A stretch of DNA of 61,020 nt from a bacterium (lineage in GTDB: Bacteria > Patescibacteriota > Patescibacteriia > 2-01-FULL-39-33): assembly GCA_029558735.1 (NCBI GenBank), contig JAKQDP010000054.1:1-61020 (forward strand), given 5' to 3'. The stretch's first letter is position 1; every line of letters starts with the position of its first letter. The notes beneath the pieces are model-generated. The model did no database searches and had not been told where the DNA came from. It saw nothing but the letters and a program-made list of their open reading frames with translations. Both the position numbers and the translations under genes were made by a program. Below, piece by piece: positions 46,038 through 55,788 of the stretch.

Positions 46038-46739
46038 ATGGGAAAACTACAAGAAATAAAAAAAGCGCTCAAAGAGTCGGCAAATAAAAACCAAGCCAAA
46101 ATACTATCGAGCTTCTTCAAAACCGGCCCAGGCCAATACGGCGAGGGCGATATATTTTGGGGCATTAAAGTGCCCCAGCAAAGAAAAATTGCCAAAAAAT
46201 ATTCGACTCTTGGTCTAACGGAAATCACAACGCTCCTTTCCAGCCCTATCCATGAACAGCGCCTGACCGCTCTATTCATTTTAGTCGACCAATATAAAAA
46301 AGCGACTGACGCTAACAAGAAAAAAATTTTTGATTTATACTTGAAAAACTACCGCCAGATCAATAACTGGGATTTGGTCGATTTGTCGGCGCCGAACATA
46401 GTTGGCGAATACCTGACCGACAAGCCGAGAGACATTCTCTACCGATTAGCCAAATCAAAAAATCTCTGGCAAAACCGAATCGCTATTTTAGCCACTTATG
46501 CCTTGATCAGAAATAATGATTTTAAAGACGCTTTGGCAATAATAGAAATGAACCTAAAACATCAGCACGACCTGATACACAAAGCCGCCGGCTGGATGCT
46601 CAGAGAAATTGGCAAACGAAACCAAAAACTTGAAGAACAATTTTTAAAAAAACACTATCGACAAATGCCTCGAACTATGCTAAGATACGCGATTGAAAAA
46701 TTCCCCGAAACAAAAAGACAAATTTATCTAAAAAAATGA
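46038..46739 (+). CDS. DNA alkylation repair protein (AlkD/AlkC-like HEAT-repeat glycosylase family)
   Basis: 233 aa. FFKTGPGQYGEGDIFWGIKVPQQRKIAK and NNWDLVD motifs typical of the family. Confidence 0.85.
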   Translation: MGKLQEIKKALKESANKNQAKILSSFFKTGPGQYGEGDIFWGIKVPQQRKIAKKYSTLGLTEITTLLSSPIHEQRLTALFILVDQYKKATDANKKKIFDLYLKNYRQINNWDLVDLSAPNIVGEYLTDKPRDILYRLAKSKNLWQNRIAILATYALIRNNDFKDALAIIEMNLKHQHDLIHKAAGWMLREIGKRNQKLEEQFLKKHYRQMPRTMLRYAIEKFPETKRQIYLKK

Positions 46740-47755
46740 ATATATTAGCGATTGAAACTTCGTGCGATGAAACCGCGGCGGCTATCTTGAAAGCCAAGCG
46801 CGGCCGGCTTGAGCTGGCGGCCAACGTTGTTTCCTCGCAAATCAATATCCATAAAAAATACGGCGGCGTCGTGCCGGAAGTGGCGGCTCGTCACCATTTG
46901 GAAAATATCATACCGGTTATTGATGAGGCTGTTCAGGCAGCCCAAATAAAACCGGCGGCGATAGACTTTATTGCCACGACTGCCGGACCAGGTCTAGTCA
47001 CCGCCTTGTTAGTCGGCATTGAAACAGCCAAAGCCCTAAGCTACGCCTGGAACAAACCGCTAATTCCGGTCAACCATATGTATGCCCACCTGGCGGCCAA
47101 TTTTTTCAATCAGTCAATACAATTTCCGGCCCTCGCCCTAATCGTCTCCGGCGGACATACCGAAATAGTGCTACTAAAAAATCATCACCACTACAACAAA
47201 ATCGGCCAAACTGTTGATGACGCTGTTGGCGAAGCTTATGACAAGGCAGCCAAACTGCTCAATCTGGGCTACCCGGGCGGACCAATCATCGCCCGACTGG
47301 CCGATAAATTTTCCGGCCTAAGCCCTATCAATCTCCCCCGGCCAATGATCAATTCCCGGGACTTTAATTTTTCCTTTTCCGGACTAAAAACCGCTCTTTT
47401 GTATACCGTCCAAAAAATGACTAAGAAAGAAATTAAAACCAGAACGCCGGAAATCTGTCGGGCGTTTCAAAACGCGGCCGTGGAGGTATTAGTATCCAAA
47501 ACCATTAAGGCCGCCAAAAAATATCAGGTGCAATCAATTCTATTGGCCGGCGGCGTGGCCGCTAATAAAAAACTGAGGGCAGACTTAAAAGCAGCGGCGG
47601 AAAAAAATAATTTCCAATTCCGGGTACCAGAATTTAAATTATGCACCGATAATGCCGCCATGATTGCTATTGCCGGATATTATTTATCAAGAAAACACCA
47701 CCCCCAAAAAGACGGCTGGCAAAAAATATCCGCTGACCCGAATTGGGAATTGTAA
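46736..47755 (+). CDS. tsaD: tRNA N6-adenosine threonylcarbamoyltransferase
   Basis: 339 aa. ILAIETSCDETAAA, VAARHH, SGGHTE motifs. Has a 4-nt start/stop overlap with the upstream gene. Confidence 0.95.
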   Translation: MNILAIETSCDETAAAILKAKRGRLELAANVVSSQINIHKKYGGVVPEVAARHHLENIIPVIDEAVQAAQIKPAAIDFIATTAGPGLVTALLVGIETAKALSYAWNKPLIPVNHMYAHLAANFFNQSIQFPALALIVSGGHTEIVLLKNHHHYNKIGQTVDDAVGEAYDKAAKLLNLGYPGGPIIARLADKFSGLSPINLPRPMINSRDFNFSFSGLKTALLYTVQKMTKKEIKTRTPEICRAFQNAAVEVLVSKTIKAAKKYQVQSILLAGGVAANKKLRADLKAAAEKNNFQFRVPEFKLCTDNAAMIAIAGYYLSRKHHPQKDGWQKISADPNWEL

Positions 47756-47816
47756 CCCCGGCCCATCAACCAAAACTCGCAACCTAAAAAACATCTCCCA
47801 ATAAATTGGCACTGCA

Positions 47817-48263
47817 ATGAAAATTATTACTAACAGCGAAAAAGAAACAATAAAGTTTGCCGAAAAATTTTCCCGATCACTCAAGGGCGGCGAAGTGCTG
47901 GCTCTTTTTGGCGACTTGGGTAGTGGTAAAACCGCTTTTACCAAGGGATTAGCTAGAGGACTGGGAGTGAAAAACATTATCACCAGTCCGACTTTTGTAT
48001 TGATGAAAAATTATAAAACTTCAGCCCAGGCGCCGATAAAAACCCTGACGCACATCGACGCTTACCGCCTAAAAAGCGGCGAAGATCTGGAAGCGATAGG
48101 CGCAATGGAATTTTTCAACGATAAAAAATGCATTACCGCCATTGAATGGGCTGATAATATAAAAAGCATTATTCCCAAAAATGCCATAAAAATTTATTTT
48201 CAAATAGGAGAGAATAATAAACGCCAAATAGAAATAAAAAAACCGCCCGTCGCGCTTAGATAG
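47817..48263 (+). CDS. tsaE: tRNA threonylcarbamoyladenosine biosynthesis ATPase TsaE
   Basis: 148 aa. P-loop GDLGSGKTAFTKG, SPTF, HIDAYRL. Confidence 0.9.
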   Translation: MKIITNSEKETIKFAEKFSRSLKGGEVLALFGDLGSGKTAFTKGLARGLGVKNIITSPTFVLMKNYKTSAQAPIKTLTHIDAYRLKSGEDLEAIGAMEFFNDKKCITAIEWADNIKSIIPKNAIKIYFQIGENNKRQIEIKKPPVALR

Positions 48264-48331
48264 TTTAGCGCGCCGGGCGGCAGAATTAATCAACCGACAA
48301 TAACAATACCGCTAACGCCGGCCAACTTTTT

Positions 48332-48811
48332 TTAAAGCACAGAAGCGCAGACCGGACAAACGCATTCATTCTGGTTTTGAGCATAAAGGACAATCTCGTC
48401 CCCGAACCGAGCAATGCCCGCCTGATCGTGACCGGCAACTTGCGGAAACGCCAGCTGCAATGAGGCAAAAAACAGATTCTGCAATGCCTCAAATTTGATG
48501 CTGGACAAACAAACCGCCATCGCCTGAGACGACGCCATCAGCGCTGCTCGTTCTTCTTGATTGGTCCGGTCATATTGCCAATTGAACTTTTCAAACAAAT
48601 CATTGTAGGCCAAGCCCAACTGCCGAGAGAAAAACAACAATCGCTTCAAATCCTCTCCCAATGAGCCAATAATGTTTGTTTTTTGTTCGTCGGTAATCTC
48701 CGGAATCGTGGCGAGAACAACGCTATTGTCAGCGTTCAAATCAACTGCCGCCACCCCCTGACAGGCCTCTTGTAAGAACATCCTTTTCTCCCTTCTGTCC
48801 TTTTTGGACAC
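48332..48811 (-). CDS. hypothetical protein
   Basis: 159 aa. No recognisable domain. C-terminal CVCPVC cysteine cluster. Confidence 0.5.
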   Translation of the reverse strand: MSKKDRREKRMFLQEACQGVAAVDLNADNSVVLATIPEITDEQKTNIIGSLGEDLKRLLFFSRQLGLAYNDLFEKFNWQYDRTNQEERAALMASSQAMAVCLSSIKFEALQNLFFASLQLAFPQVAGHDQAGIARFGDEIVLYAQNQNECVCPVCASVL

Positions 48812-48940
48812 AATCAGCTTCTGTTAAACCCTTTAGCTAAAGTACCTGACAGTTTAACAATTTATTCGTTTTTTGTCAAATATCCACAAGGCAAGACCAA
48901 GTTTAGTTATTCTCTATTTTTTATGCTATAATATATTCAT

Positions 48941-49390
48941 ATGGCCAAAACAAAAATAACCAACTCTGCCAAACTCAACTTTAAAAAAGACACTCGGTCA
49001 CCGGATTTTTTATTTGATCAAGATAAAACTCAAGATCAGGAAACAAACCTTTGGCAATCCGAGGGCCAATTGTCCTGCGATGTATTCCAGGATGAAAACT
49101 TCATTATCATCAAATCGGCTATTGCCGGCGTTGAGCCCAAAAATCTGGACATCTCGGTTAGTAATGATTTACTGACAATCCGCGGCTGGCGCGATATTGA
49201 TGAAACCATTAAAAATGAAGATTTTTACTGCCGGGAAATTTATTGGGGTTCCTTCAGTCGCTCCATTGTCTTGCCCCAAGAAGTCGACCCCAACCGAACC
49301 GAAGCAATCCTAAAAAATGGCATTCTGACCATTAAACTGCCCAAAAAATACAAAACCGCTTCTATTGCCGTGAAACATTTTGACGATTAA
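48941..49390 (+). CDS. Hsp20/alpha-crystallin family small heat-shock protein
   Basis: 149 aa. Alpha-crystallin domain ending in AILKNGILTIKLPK. Confidence 0.9.
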   Translation: MAKTKITNSAKLNFKKDTRSPDFLFDQDKTQDQETNLWQSEGQLSCDVFQDENFIIIKSAIAGVEPKNLDISVSNDLLTIRGWRDIDETIKNEDFYCREIYWGSFSRSIVLPQEVDPNRTEAILKNGILTIKLPKKYKTASIAVKHFDD

Positions 49391-49393
49391 TTT

Positions 49394-51304
49394 ATGGAAA
49401 AATTTAAAACTTGGTGGGAACAACCGTTCAAACAAATTCGAGACGGCCGAATTGATAAAAGGTGGCTAATTATCACAATTTTAGTCGCTTTTTTTATCAT
49501 GCTGACAATAGCCGCCGGTATTATTATCGCCTTTGAAATTCAGTACCGACAAAAATTTTTTCCCGGCAGCAAAATAGGCAATATCAGCCTGGGCGGACTG
49601 ACCCCGGTCCAAGCCTTGGAAAATCTGGAACAAATCACTGAAAACATTGAAAAGGAAGGAATAAAAATAATTTATCGTAATCACGACGACCTGTATTTAA
49701 AAGTGACGCCGATGCTTAGCGCCTTAACTGATCCGGACTTGTCGCGAGCGATAATTGATTTTGACAATCACAGCGCCGTTTATGATGCCTTTGCCTACGG
49801 TCGCAACGGCAATTGGTGGCAAAACATCAAACAACAAATGACTATGTTGTTTACGGACAAAAAGTTCAAAACCAAAGTGGAGATTGACGAACCAACTCTT
49901 AAAAAAAACTTACAAGAACAATTTTCCGACCTGGAGCAAACCGTCCAAAATGCCAAACCCCTCATAACTTGGCAAGGTGATAATTATCGCTTAGATATTC
50001 TCCCTGAACAATCGGGCCAATCATTTGATTTTGCCGGCGCCATCAATGAGCTTCGCGCCAATTTGGAACAGCTCAAAAACGATCAAATCGAATTAATCAG
50101 CGTTGCTGCCGAACCAACCGTGACAAAGAGTCAAGCCGAACAAGCCAAACAACTTATCGAACAAGTCTTGTCAACTACCAGCCCCCAATTCCAAGAAGAA
50201 AATCAAACTTGGATAATTAGTAAAGCCGACCTGTCAACCATGCTGGAATTCTATCGGGACGATAACGAAATAAAATTGGGTATTAACCAAGACGGTTTTT
50301 ATGAGTGGTTAGACAAAAACATCGGCACCACCCTCAATGTTGAACCCCAAGATGCCAACATTGAAATGAAAGACGGTAAAGTGACAAAACTAACCCCTCA
50401 TGTCGTCGGCAAACAAGTCAACAGATTAGCGGCCTATCAACAAATTAACCAAGGCCTGTTATCCGATAACCTGTCCTTCACTTTAACCGTTGATACCGCT
50501 CTACCCAAAATAGTTACTGGCGATATTAATGATTTGGGCATTAACGAGATAGTCGGCACCGGTCAATCAAATTTTGCCGGTAGCTCCCAAAATCGCCGCC
50601 ACAATATCAAAAACGGCGCCAGTCGGTTGCATGGCATTTTAATCAAACCCGACGAAGAATTTTCCTTAATTACTGCCCTGGGAAACATTGATGCGACGAC
50701 CGGTTATTTGCCGGAATTAGTCATCAAGGGGAGTAAAACAGTGCCGGAATACGGGGGCGGCTTGTGTCAAATCGGCACCACGATTTTCCGGGCGGCCATG
50801 GCTTCGGGCTTACCGATTACCGAAAGAAGAAATCACTCTTACAATGTTTCCTATTACCTGGAAAACGGCCTGCCCGGCACCGATGCCACGATTTACATTC
50901 CTCATCCGGATGTTCGCTTTATCAACAACACCGGCCATTATATTCTAATCCAATATCGTCTCGAGGGAGATAATTTGTATTTTGATTTTTGGGGCACAAA
51001 AGATGGCCGAACCGCCGAACGCACTACGCCCAAAGTCTGGGGCTGGACTTCGCCACCGCCCACCAAATACATTGAAACCACCAATTTGGCTCCCGGTCAA
51101 AAAAGATGCACTGAAAGCTCTCATCAAGGCGTCAGCGCCGCCTTTGATTATATCATCACTTACGCTGACGGCACTATCGATAAAACCACTTTTAGCTCTT
51201 ATTACCGACCGTGGCAGGCAGTTTGCTTAATCGGGGTGGAAAAATTACCCGAAGAGGAAACTGCTGATAACCCCGAGGTCGACGATGTGACCGCTAGCGA
51301 ATAA
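49394..51304 (+). CDS. VanW family protein with N-terminal membrane anchor
   Basis: 636 aa. TM helix WLIITILVAFFIMLTIAAGIII. VanW core YGGGLCQIGTTIFRAA...ERRNHS. Confidence 0.85.
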   Translation: MEKFKTWWEQPFKQIRDGRIDKRWLIITILVAFFIMLTIAAGIIIAFEIQYRQKFFPGSKIGNISLGGLTPVQALENLEQITENIEKEGIKIIYRNHDDLYLKVTPMLSALTDPDLSRAIIDFDNHSAVYDAFAYGRNGNWWQNIKQQMTMLFTDKKFKTKVEIDEPTLKKNLQEQFSDLEQTVQNAKPLITWQGDNYRLDILPEQSGQSFDFAGAINELRANLEQLKNDQIELISVAAEPTVTKSQAEQAKQLIEQVLSTTSPQFQEENQTWIISKADLSTMLEFYRDDNEIKLGINQDGFYEWLDKNIGTTLNVEPQDANIEMKDGKVTKLTPHVVGKQVNRLAAYQQINQGLLSDNLSFTLTVDTALPKIVTGDINDLGINEIVGTGQSNFAGSSQNRRHNIKNGASRLHGILIKPDEEFSLITALGNIDATTGYLPELVIKGSKTVPEYGGGLCQIGTTIFRAAMASGLPITERRNHSYNVSYYLENGLPGTDATIYIPHPDVRFINNTGHYILIQYRLEGDNLYFDFWGTKDGRTAERTTPKVWGWTSPPPTKYIETTNLAPGQKRCTESSHQGVSAAFDYIITYADGTIDKTTFSSYYRPWQAVCLIGVEKLPEEETADNPEVDDVTASE

Positions 51305-51336
51305 TCGACTTAAAGCGCTTTTAAAATACCAAACTG

Positions 51337-51368
51337 AAAACCCACCCCGAGTATTCGGGGTGGGTTTT
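51337..51368. terminator. bidirectional intrinsic terminator
   Basis: AAAACCCACCCCG-AGTATT-CGGGGTGGGTTTT. Confidence 0.85.
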
Positions 51369-51764
51369 CTTACTATCCAATAACCTGTAGATCCATAAAC
51401 GCCGTGACGAGCTAGTATGGCCAGGCAAGAAAATTTTTTGAAGCAATGTTCGAGCAAAAGCCCGAGCAGGGCTGTTAAAAAATTCCCATGCTTGTCGTGC
51501 CTAGCCATATCAGCTCGTCGCCGACGTTTGGTGTGAGATAAAAATTTTCTCAAATTTGATTGGAAGGTGACAAATTGCGCCTAGGGCGCTAAGGGATCTA
51601 CAGGTTGCTGGATACTACCAATAATACTGCAGACAAAGAAACTATTTCAAGGTAAAGCCCGAGTTTTTTGGAACCTGAACGATCCTTAAAAAAATAATTC
51701 CCATGCTTGTCGTGCCTGCAGAATGATTGGCGCTATCCTGCTTTGCCAGGGTAAAATGAACTGA
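51369..51764 (-). ncRNA. candidate orphan structured noncoding RNA (unknown class) between convergent genes
   Basis: Promoter at 51771-51799 and terminator at 51337-51368, both read on the minus strand. Nested inverted repeats: 51374-51394 with 51594-51614 (19/21), and 51406-51426 with 51499-51519. A 22-nt exact direct repeat AATTCCCATGCTTGTCGTGCCT occurs at 51481 and 51697. No credible ORF. Confidence 0.4.
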
Positions 51765-51770
51765 CACCCT

Positions 51771-51799
51771 ATCTTATCATATTAAACTTGAAATGTCAA
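51771..51799 (-). promoter_or_regulatory. sigma70-like promoter with extended -10
   Basis: Minus strand: TTGACA (51794-51799), 17 nt, TGaTAAGAT (-10 at 51771-51776). Confidence 0.5.
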
Positions 51800-51931
51800 G
51801 TTAATTTAACTAAAAATCAATAAAAAATAGCTAAATTTAGGAAAATTTAACTAAAAATAGTCTCTTCCTACCTTAAGCAAAGACATTATAACTCTTTTTT
51901 TTATTCGTGGCAACCGTAGTTTAGAAACAAT

Positions 51932-52156
51932 TTATCCATAAATTATCACCACCTTGTTTTTAGCGCTTTTACCTCGCTTTATTTCAACGCAGCTCTTGGC
52001 CACGCCAAAATAATCAGCCAACAATTCAACTAGTTGCTGATTGGCCTGGCCAGCGACCGGACGAGCCGTCAGCCAAACCTTGTAAACTTGCGGCGTGATT
52101 TGTTCAATTTTAGTTTGCGAAGCACCAGGCCGCGCCTCTACTAACAGTTGTCTCAT
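51932..52156 (-). CDS. DUF167 (YggU-like) family protein
   Basis: 74 aa. ARPGASQTKI...AGQANQQLVELLADYFGVAKSCVEIKRGKSAKNKVV matches the YggU pattern. Confidence 0.8.
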   Translation of the reverse strand: MRQLLVEARPGASQTKIEQITPQVYKVWLTARPVAGQANQQLVELLADYFGVAKSCVEIKRGKSAKNKVVIIYG

Positions 52157-52671
52157 AAATCTTCCAATATTTTTAAAACCAAATTATCATCAGTCGAATC
52201 ATAAACGGCAAAAGTCGGTTTTTGAAATAAGCCGCCCAAAGTGCCGGGATTAATCAATTGGCAATGATTGGCCAATGTCTCCAGCCAGGGTTTATGACTG
52301 TGGCCATAAAACACTAGCGCGTATTGGCCGCTGGCCGCCAAAGCTCTGGCTGTCTCGGGAAAGTGACAAAAAGCAATTTTAATTTTTCCGGACCGCTCCG
52401 AATCAATCATCAATTCGCCCTGATCACCGTGAAGTTTGACCTGAGTCAAACTACGACAGACTTCCGCCAGAGCCGCCCGATCAGAAACATTACCGTGAAC
52501 TAAATGAATTGGACCAGAAAAATTCGGCGCCAACAATTTTGAAACCATAGCTGGCGCGGCAATATCACCACAATGAATAAGCATTTCTATCTGATTGATT
52601 TTGGCCCAAGCTAAAAATTTTTCTATATTCGGTATATTGTCATGACTATCAGAAATAATGGCGATTTTCAT
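52153..52671 (-). CDS. metallophosphoesterase (YfcE/MJ0936-like phosphodiesterase)
   Basis: 172 aa. MKIAIISDSHDN, GDI, GNVSD and GHSH motifs. Confidence 0.85.
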   Translation of the reverse strand: MKIAIISDSHDNIPNIEKFLAWAKINQIEMLIHCGDIAAPAMVSKLLAPNFSGPIHLVHGNVSDRAALAEVCRSLTQVKLHGDQGELMIDSERSGKIKIAFCHFPETARALAASGQYALVFYGHSHKPWLETLANHCQLINPGTLGGLFQKPTFAVYDSTDDNLVLKILEDL

Positions 52672-52828
52672 ATAAAAAATTTTATATCAAAAAACTAAAT
52701 TATCCCCGCCACAGGCGGGCAGGCGCCACGGCGGATTATCAAATTGTTTGATGTTTACTTTATAATTGAGGTTTAATAACAATTTGACAATATAACAATA
52801 AAACCATTAATTCACTAGGAAATTAAGA

Positions 52829-53698
52829 TTAAGAAGTTTTTCCGTCCCTAATTTTCTTCAATATCTTAATATCCTCAATCTCTTGTCCGTCTTTGGGTGT
52901 CTCAATTATCAAATCAATGGCATGCTTCTTGGCCAAAGCCACTATTTCTTTAAATCCGGCCAACCCGATTTTGCCCTGACCGATATGCTGGTGGCGATCC
53001 TTTTTTGAGCCCAATTCGGCCTGGCTGTCATTGGCGTGAATTAAGAGCAAATTTTTTAAGCCCAAAATTTTATCAAACTGACGAAAAGTCCGACCGACTG
53101 ACCGGCGATCGCGCAAATCATAACCGGAAGCAAAGGCATGGGCGGTGTCAAAACAAAAACCGATCTTGCGCCGCAAAACCATTGGCAACCTAACAACTAT
53201 CTCGGCCATTTCTTCAAACCGATCGCCAATAATCTGACCGGCGCCGGCGGAAATCTCCAATAACAACTGAGTCCGGCCGGTGTAACCATTTAAAATATCC
53301 TTAAGACCGGCAATCACCTTTCGAATTGCCTCTCTTCGATTCAACTCCCGGGCACTGCCCGGATGAAACATCATTGCCCGAGCTGTCAATAATTCCCCCC
53401 GCTCCAATTCTTGCCGCAAGACACTGATAGAGCCATGATAAATCCGACTATTGGCCGAGGCCAGATTGATATAATATGGCGCATGAATATAGCAAGCTGT
53501 CTGTTTAAACTCCTTGAGCTTGGCTTGAAACTCCGCCGCCAGAGCTGCTTCAATCGGCTTGGCACGGCCGCCTTGCGGCGGTCGAGAAAAAAACTGAAAA
53601 CACTCCGCGCCCAGTTCCTGCGCGCGCTGCGGCGCCAAAGATAAATCACCCGCCGCTGAAACATGAGCACCAATGCTAATTTTTTTTGTTTTGCTCAT
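52829..53698 (-). CDS. nfo: deoxyribonuclease IV (endonuclease IV, AP endonuclease family 2)
   Basis: 289 aa. IGAHVS start region, HAPYYINLAS, CFDTAHAFASGYD, HANDS and DRH motifs. Confidence 0.9.
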   Translation of the reverse strand: MSKTKKISIGAHVSAAGDLSLAPQRAQELGAECFQFFSRPPQGGRAKPIEAALAAEFQAKLKEFKQTACYIHAPYYINLASANSRIYHGSISVLRQELERGELLTARAMMFHPGSARELNRREAIRKVIAGLKDILNGYTGRTQLLLEISAGAGQIIGDRFEEMAEIVVRLPMVLRRKIGFCFDTAHAFASGYDLRDRRSVGRTFRQFDKILGLKNLLLIHANDSQAELGSKKDRHQHIGQGKIGLAGFKEIVALAKKHAIDLIIETPKDGQEIEDIKILKKIRDGKTS

Positions 53699-54650
53699 AA
53701 GCCCTGAAGGTGGTTTTTACTATTGTCGCCATATCACTAAAAACCGGCTGCCAGCCCAATACTGCGCCCGCTTTGTCGGCGCTGGCAAATATTTGAGCCG
53801 GATCACCAGGTCGGGGGGGACCGATTTCAACTTTAAAATCAACCCCAGATTCTTGTTTAACAGCTTTAATTATTTCCGCAACGCTAGTCCCTTGACCGGT
53901 AGCCAAATTAACCGTCAGACTGTTATTATTTTTATCCAAATATTCCAACGCCTTAAGATGGCCGCTGGCCAAATCCGACACGTGGATATAATCTCTAACG
54001 CCGGTACCGTCAGCGGTCGGATAATTATCGCCAAAAATCGTCACCTTATCGCGCCAACCCATCACTGCTTCAAAAATAATAGGCAATAAATTCTGCGGCG
54101 CCCGCTCCAACCCCTTAATATCTCCATCCGGATCATAACCAACGGCGTTAAAATAACGAAAAACCACAAACTTAATGCCCGACAGCTGATCATACCAAGC
54201 TAACAGCTTTTCCACTTCTAGCTTAGTGTGACCATAAAAACTGAGCGGCTTGGTTGGATGGTCTTCCTTCATCGGCAACTCTATTGGTTCACCATAAACA
54301 GCGGCACTGGAAGAAAAAATTATTTTCTTAACACCAGCCTCAATCATTGCATTTAACAAAGTAATACTGCCGACAAGATTATTCCAAGCGTATTTAGCGG
54401 GGTGGGTCATAGATTCGCCAACCGCCTTTAATCCCGCCAAATGAATAACCACTTCAATACCCTCAAGGGCGGCTAGCACTTGAGTCGGCGATAGTATATC
54501 TCCCTCAATAAACTCAGCCCCAGTAATGACATTGTCCAGCGTTCCGACGCTGAGATTGTCAAATACCACCGGCTGATGACCGGCCCGCAATAGCTGTTTG
54601 ACAACATGGCTGCCAATATACCCGGCGCCACCGGTTACTAATATTCTCAT
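53676..54650 (-). CDS. galE: UDP-glucose 4-epimerase
   Basis: MRILVTGGAGYIGSH Rossmann start (the track start at 54677 is GTG, so ATG 54650 is preferred). YGHTK catalytic motif. Has a 23-nt overlap with nfo. Confidence 0.9.
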   Translation of the reverse strand: MRILVTGGAGYIGSHVVKQLLRAGHQPVVFDNLSVGTLDNVITGAEFIEGDILSPTQVLAALEGIEVVIHLAGLKAVGESMTHPAKYAWNNLVGSITLLNAMIEAGVKKIIFSSSAAVYGEPIELPMKEDHPTKPLSFYGHTKLEVEKLLAWYDQLSGIKFVVFRYFNAVGYDPDGDIKGLERAPQNLLPIIFEAVMGWRDKVTIFGDNYPTADGTGVRDYIHVSDLASGHLKALEYLDKNNNSLTVNLATGQGTSVAEIIKAVKQESGVDFKVEIGPPRPGDPAQIFASADKAGAVLGWQPVFSDMATIVKTTFRAYEQNKKN

Positions 54651-54788
54651 AACAATTGCCTTGTTATTAATTATCACTGATCATAACGATCACTAATACT
54701 TCCCTCTATGCTTAATAGTAATAAATTTAACGGCCAAAATCAAACAAAAACGGGCCCCGTCAACCGGAGCCCGCGATACACTTACTGG

Positions 54789-55658
54789 CTAAAAAATAAA
54801 CAGCTTGTTTATTTTGATGAAGCGCCTAACCGTCGCAACTGCCTCTGCTCCATCACTACCTGCCTGTTGCGCCAATCGGCCAATACTGTCCAGTGCCTCC
54901 CTTTTGCCCCGCGCCCAATAGGCATAAGCATCAGCCGTCTCCGCAAACAAAAAATCAGTTGACTGAAGGGCAAAAATCAACAGCAGCCAAGTCAAGCAAT
55001 CGGCTCGCTCTTTTTCATTGACTGCCAGATTAAACCGAGTCGCATCAGGAATATTCGGATCAAAAAATACACTCTGATAGCGTTTGGACGTCTGCCAATA
55101 GCGCTCGACTTCTTCAACTGGAGAAACCGAAGTTTTGTCCGCCAACCGAAACAATTCTGCCAAGGGATAAGCTTGAGTGTCTAAAGGCAAATCGCCGTTG
55201 ACCACCTGGCCAAAATAATCGTGCTGATAAAGCACTGCCCGAATTTCAGACTGAATCATTTCTTTGCCCATCACCCGACAAGCGGCTACCGCTAAATCAG
55301 CGCCATAAGTCTGATGATTGCTGAAATGACAACCGCAAAAACGGCTAAAGTCATGAAAAATCGACGACCACAACAATAAGTCGCGCAAATATTTTTCCGC
55401 CTGATTAAAAATCCACCGACGACCCCACAAAAAAGAGGCGCAGAGATTAGGACAATGGTTTATGAGAGTCTGACACCGGCGCCAGACTTTGACCGAATGG
55501 GCAAAACCATGGTCTTGGTTGGCAAAAAAATCCTCAACCGCCTGAACCGAACCGGTTGGAAGATTGAGACGCGTCAGCTCCAAAACAACAGACAATAAAT
55601 CGGGCGTAATCTCGCCAATTTCCTGACAATCCACCCAACCGGCTTTAACGGTGGCCAT
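54789..55658 (-). CDS. hypothetical protein with HD-domain-like metal-binding motifs
   Basis: 289 aa. HGFAHSVKV followed by SSIFHDFSR (H...HD pattern). Function unknown. Confidence 0.5.
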   Translation of the reverse strand: MATVKAGWVDCQEIGEITPDLLSVVLELTRLNLPTGSVQAVEDFFANQDHGFAHSVKVWRRCQTLINHCPNLCASFLWGRRWIFNQAEKYLRDLLLWSSIFHDFSRFCGCHFSNHQTYGADLAVAACRVMGKEMIQSEIRAVLYQHDYFGQVVNGDLPLDTQAYPLAELFRLADKTSVSPVEEVERYWQTSKRYQSVFFDPNIPDATRFNLAVNEKERADCLTWLLLIFALQSTDFLFAETADAYAYWARGKREALDSIGRLAQQAGSDGAEAVATVRRFIKINKLFIF

Positions 55659-55788
55659 AATCTACCCTCCTATTAATCATCGCCAAACACTCTCTAGAAA
55701 GAACTACTGCCCCAGAGATTAACAATAAAAAACAAAAAAGTCAAGAATAAAAACAGTCCCGAGGACTCGGGACTGCAGTCGTAAATAT

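Noticed and set aside
51245-51553. 102-aa minus-strand ORF in the VanW/DUF167 gap.
   Set aside because: It overlaps the VanW 3' end and a strong terminator, runs through inverted repeats, and has an Arg-rich low-complexity start. It is probably non-coding.
51374-51720. Possible RNase P RNA, tmRNA or CRISPR interpretation of the repeat-rich gap.
   Set aside because: There is no GAGGAAAGUCC/ACAGAAxCCGGCUUA P4 pair and no tRNA-like 3' end. The direct repeats are only two copies 216 nt apart, which is not CRISPR spacing.
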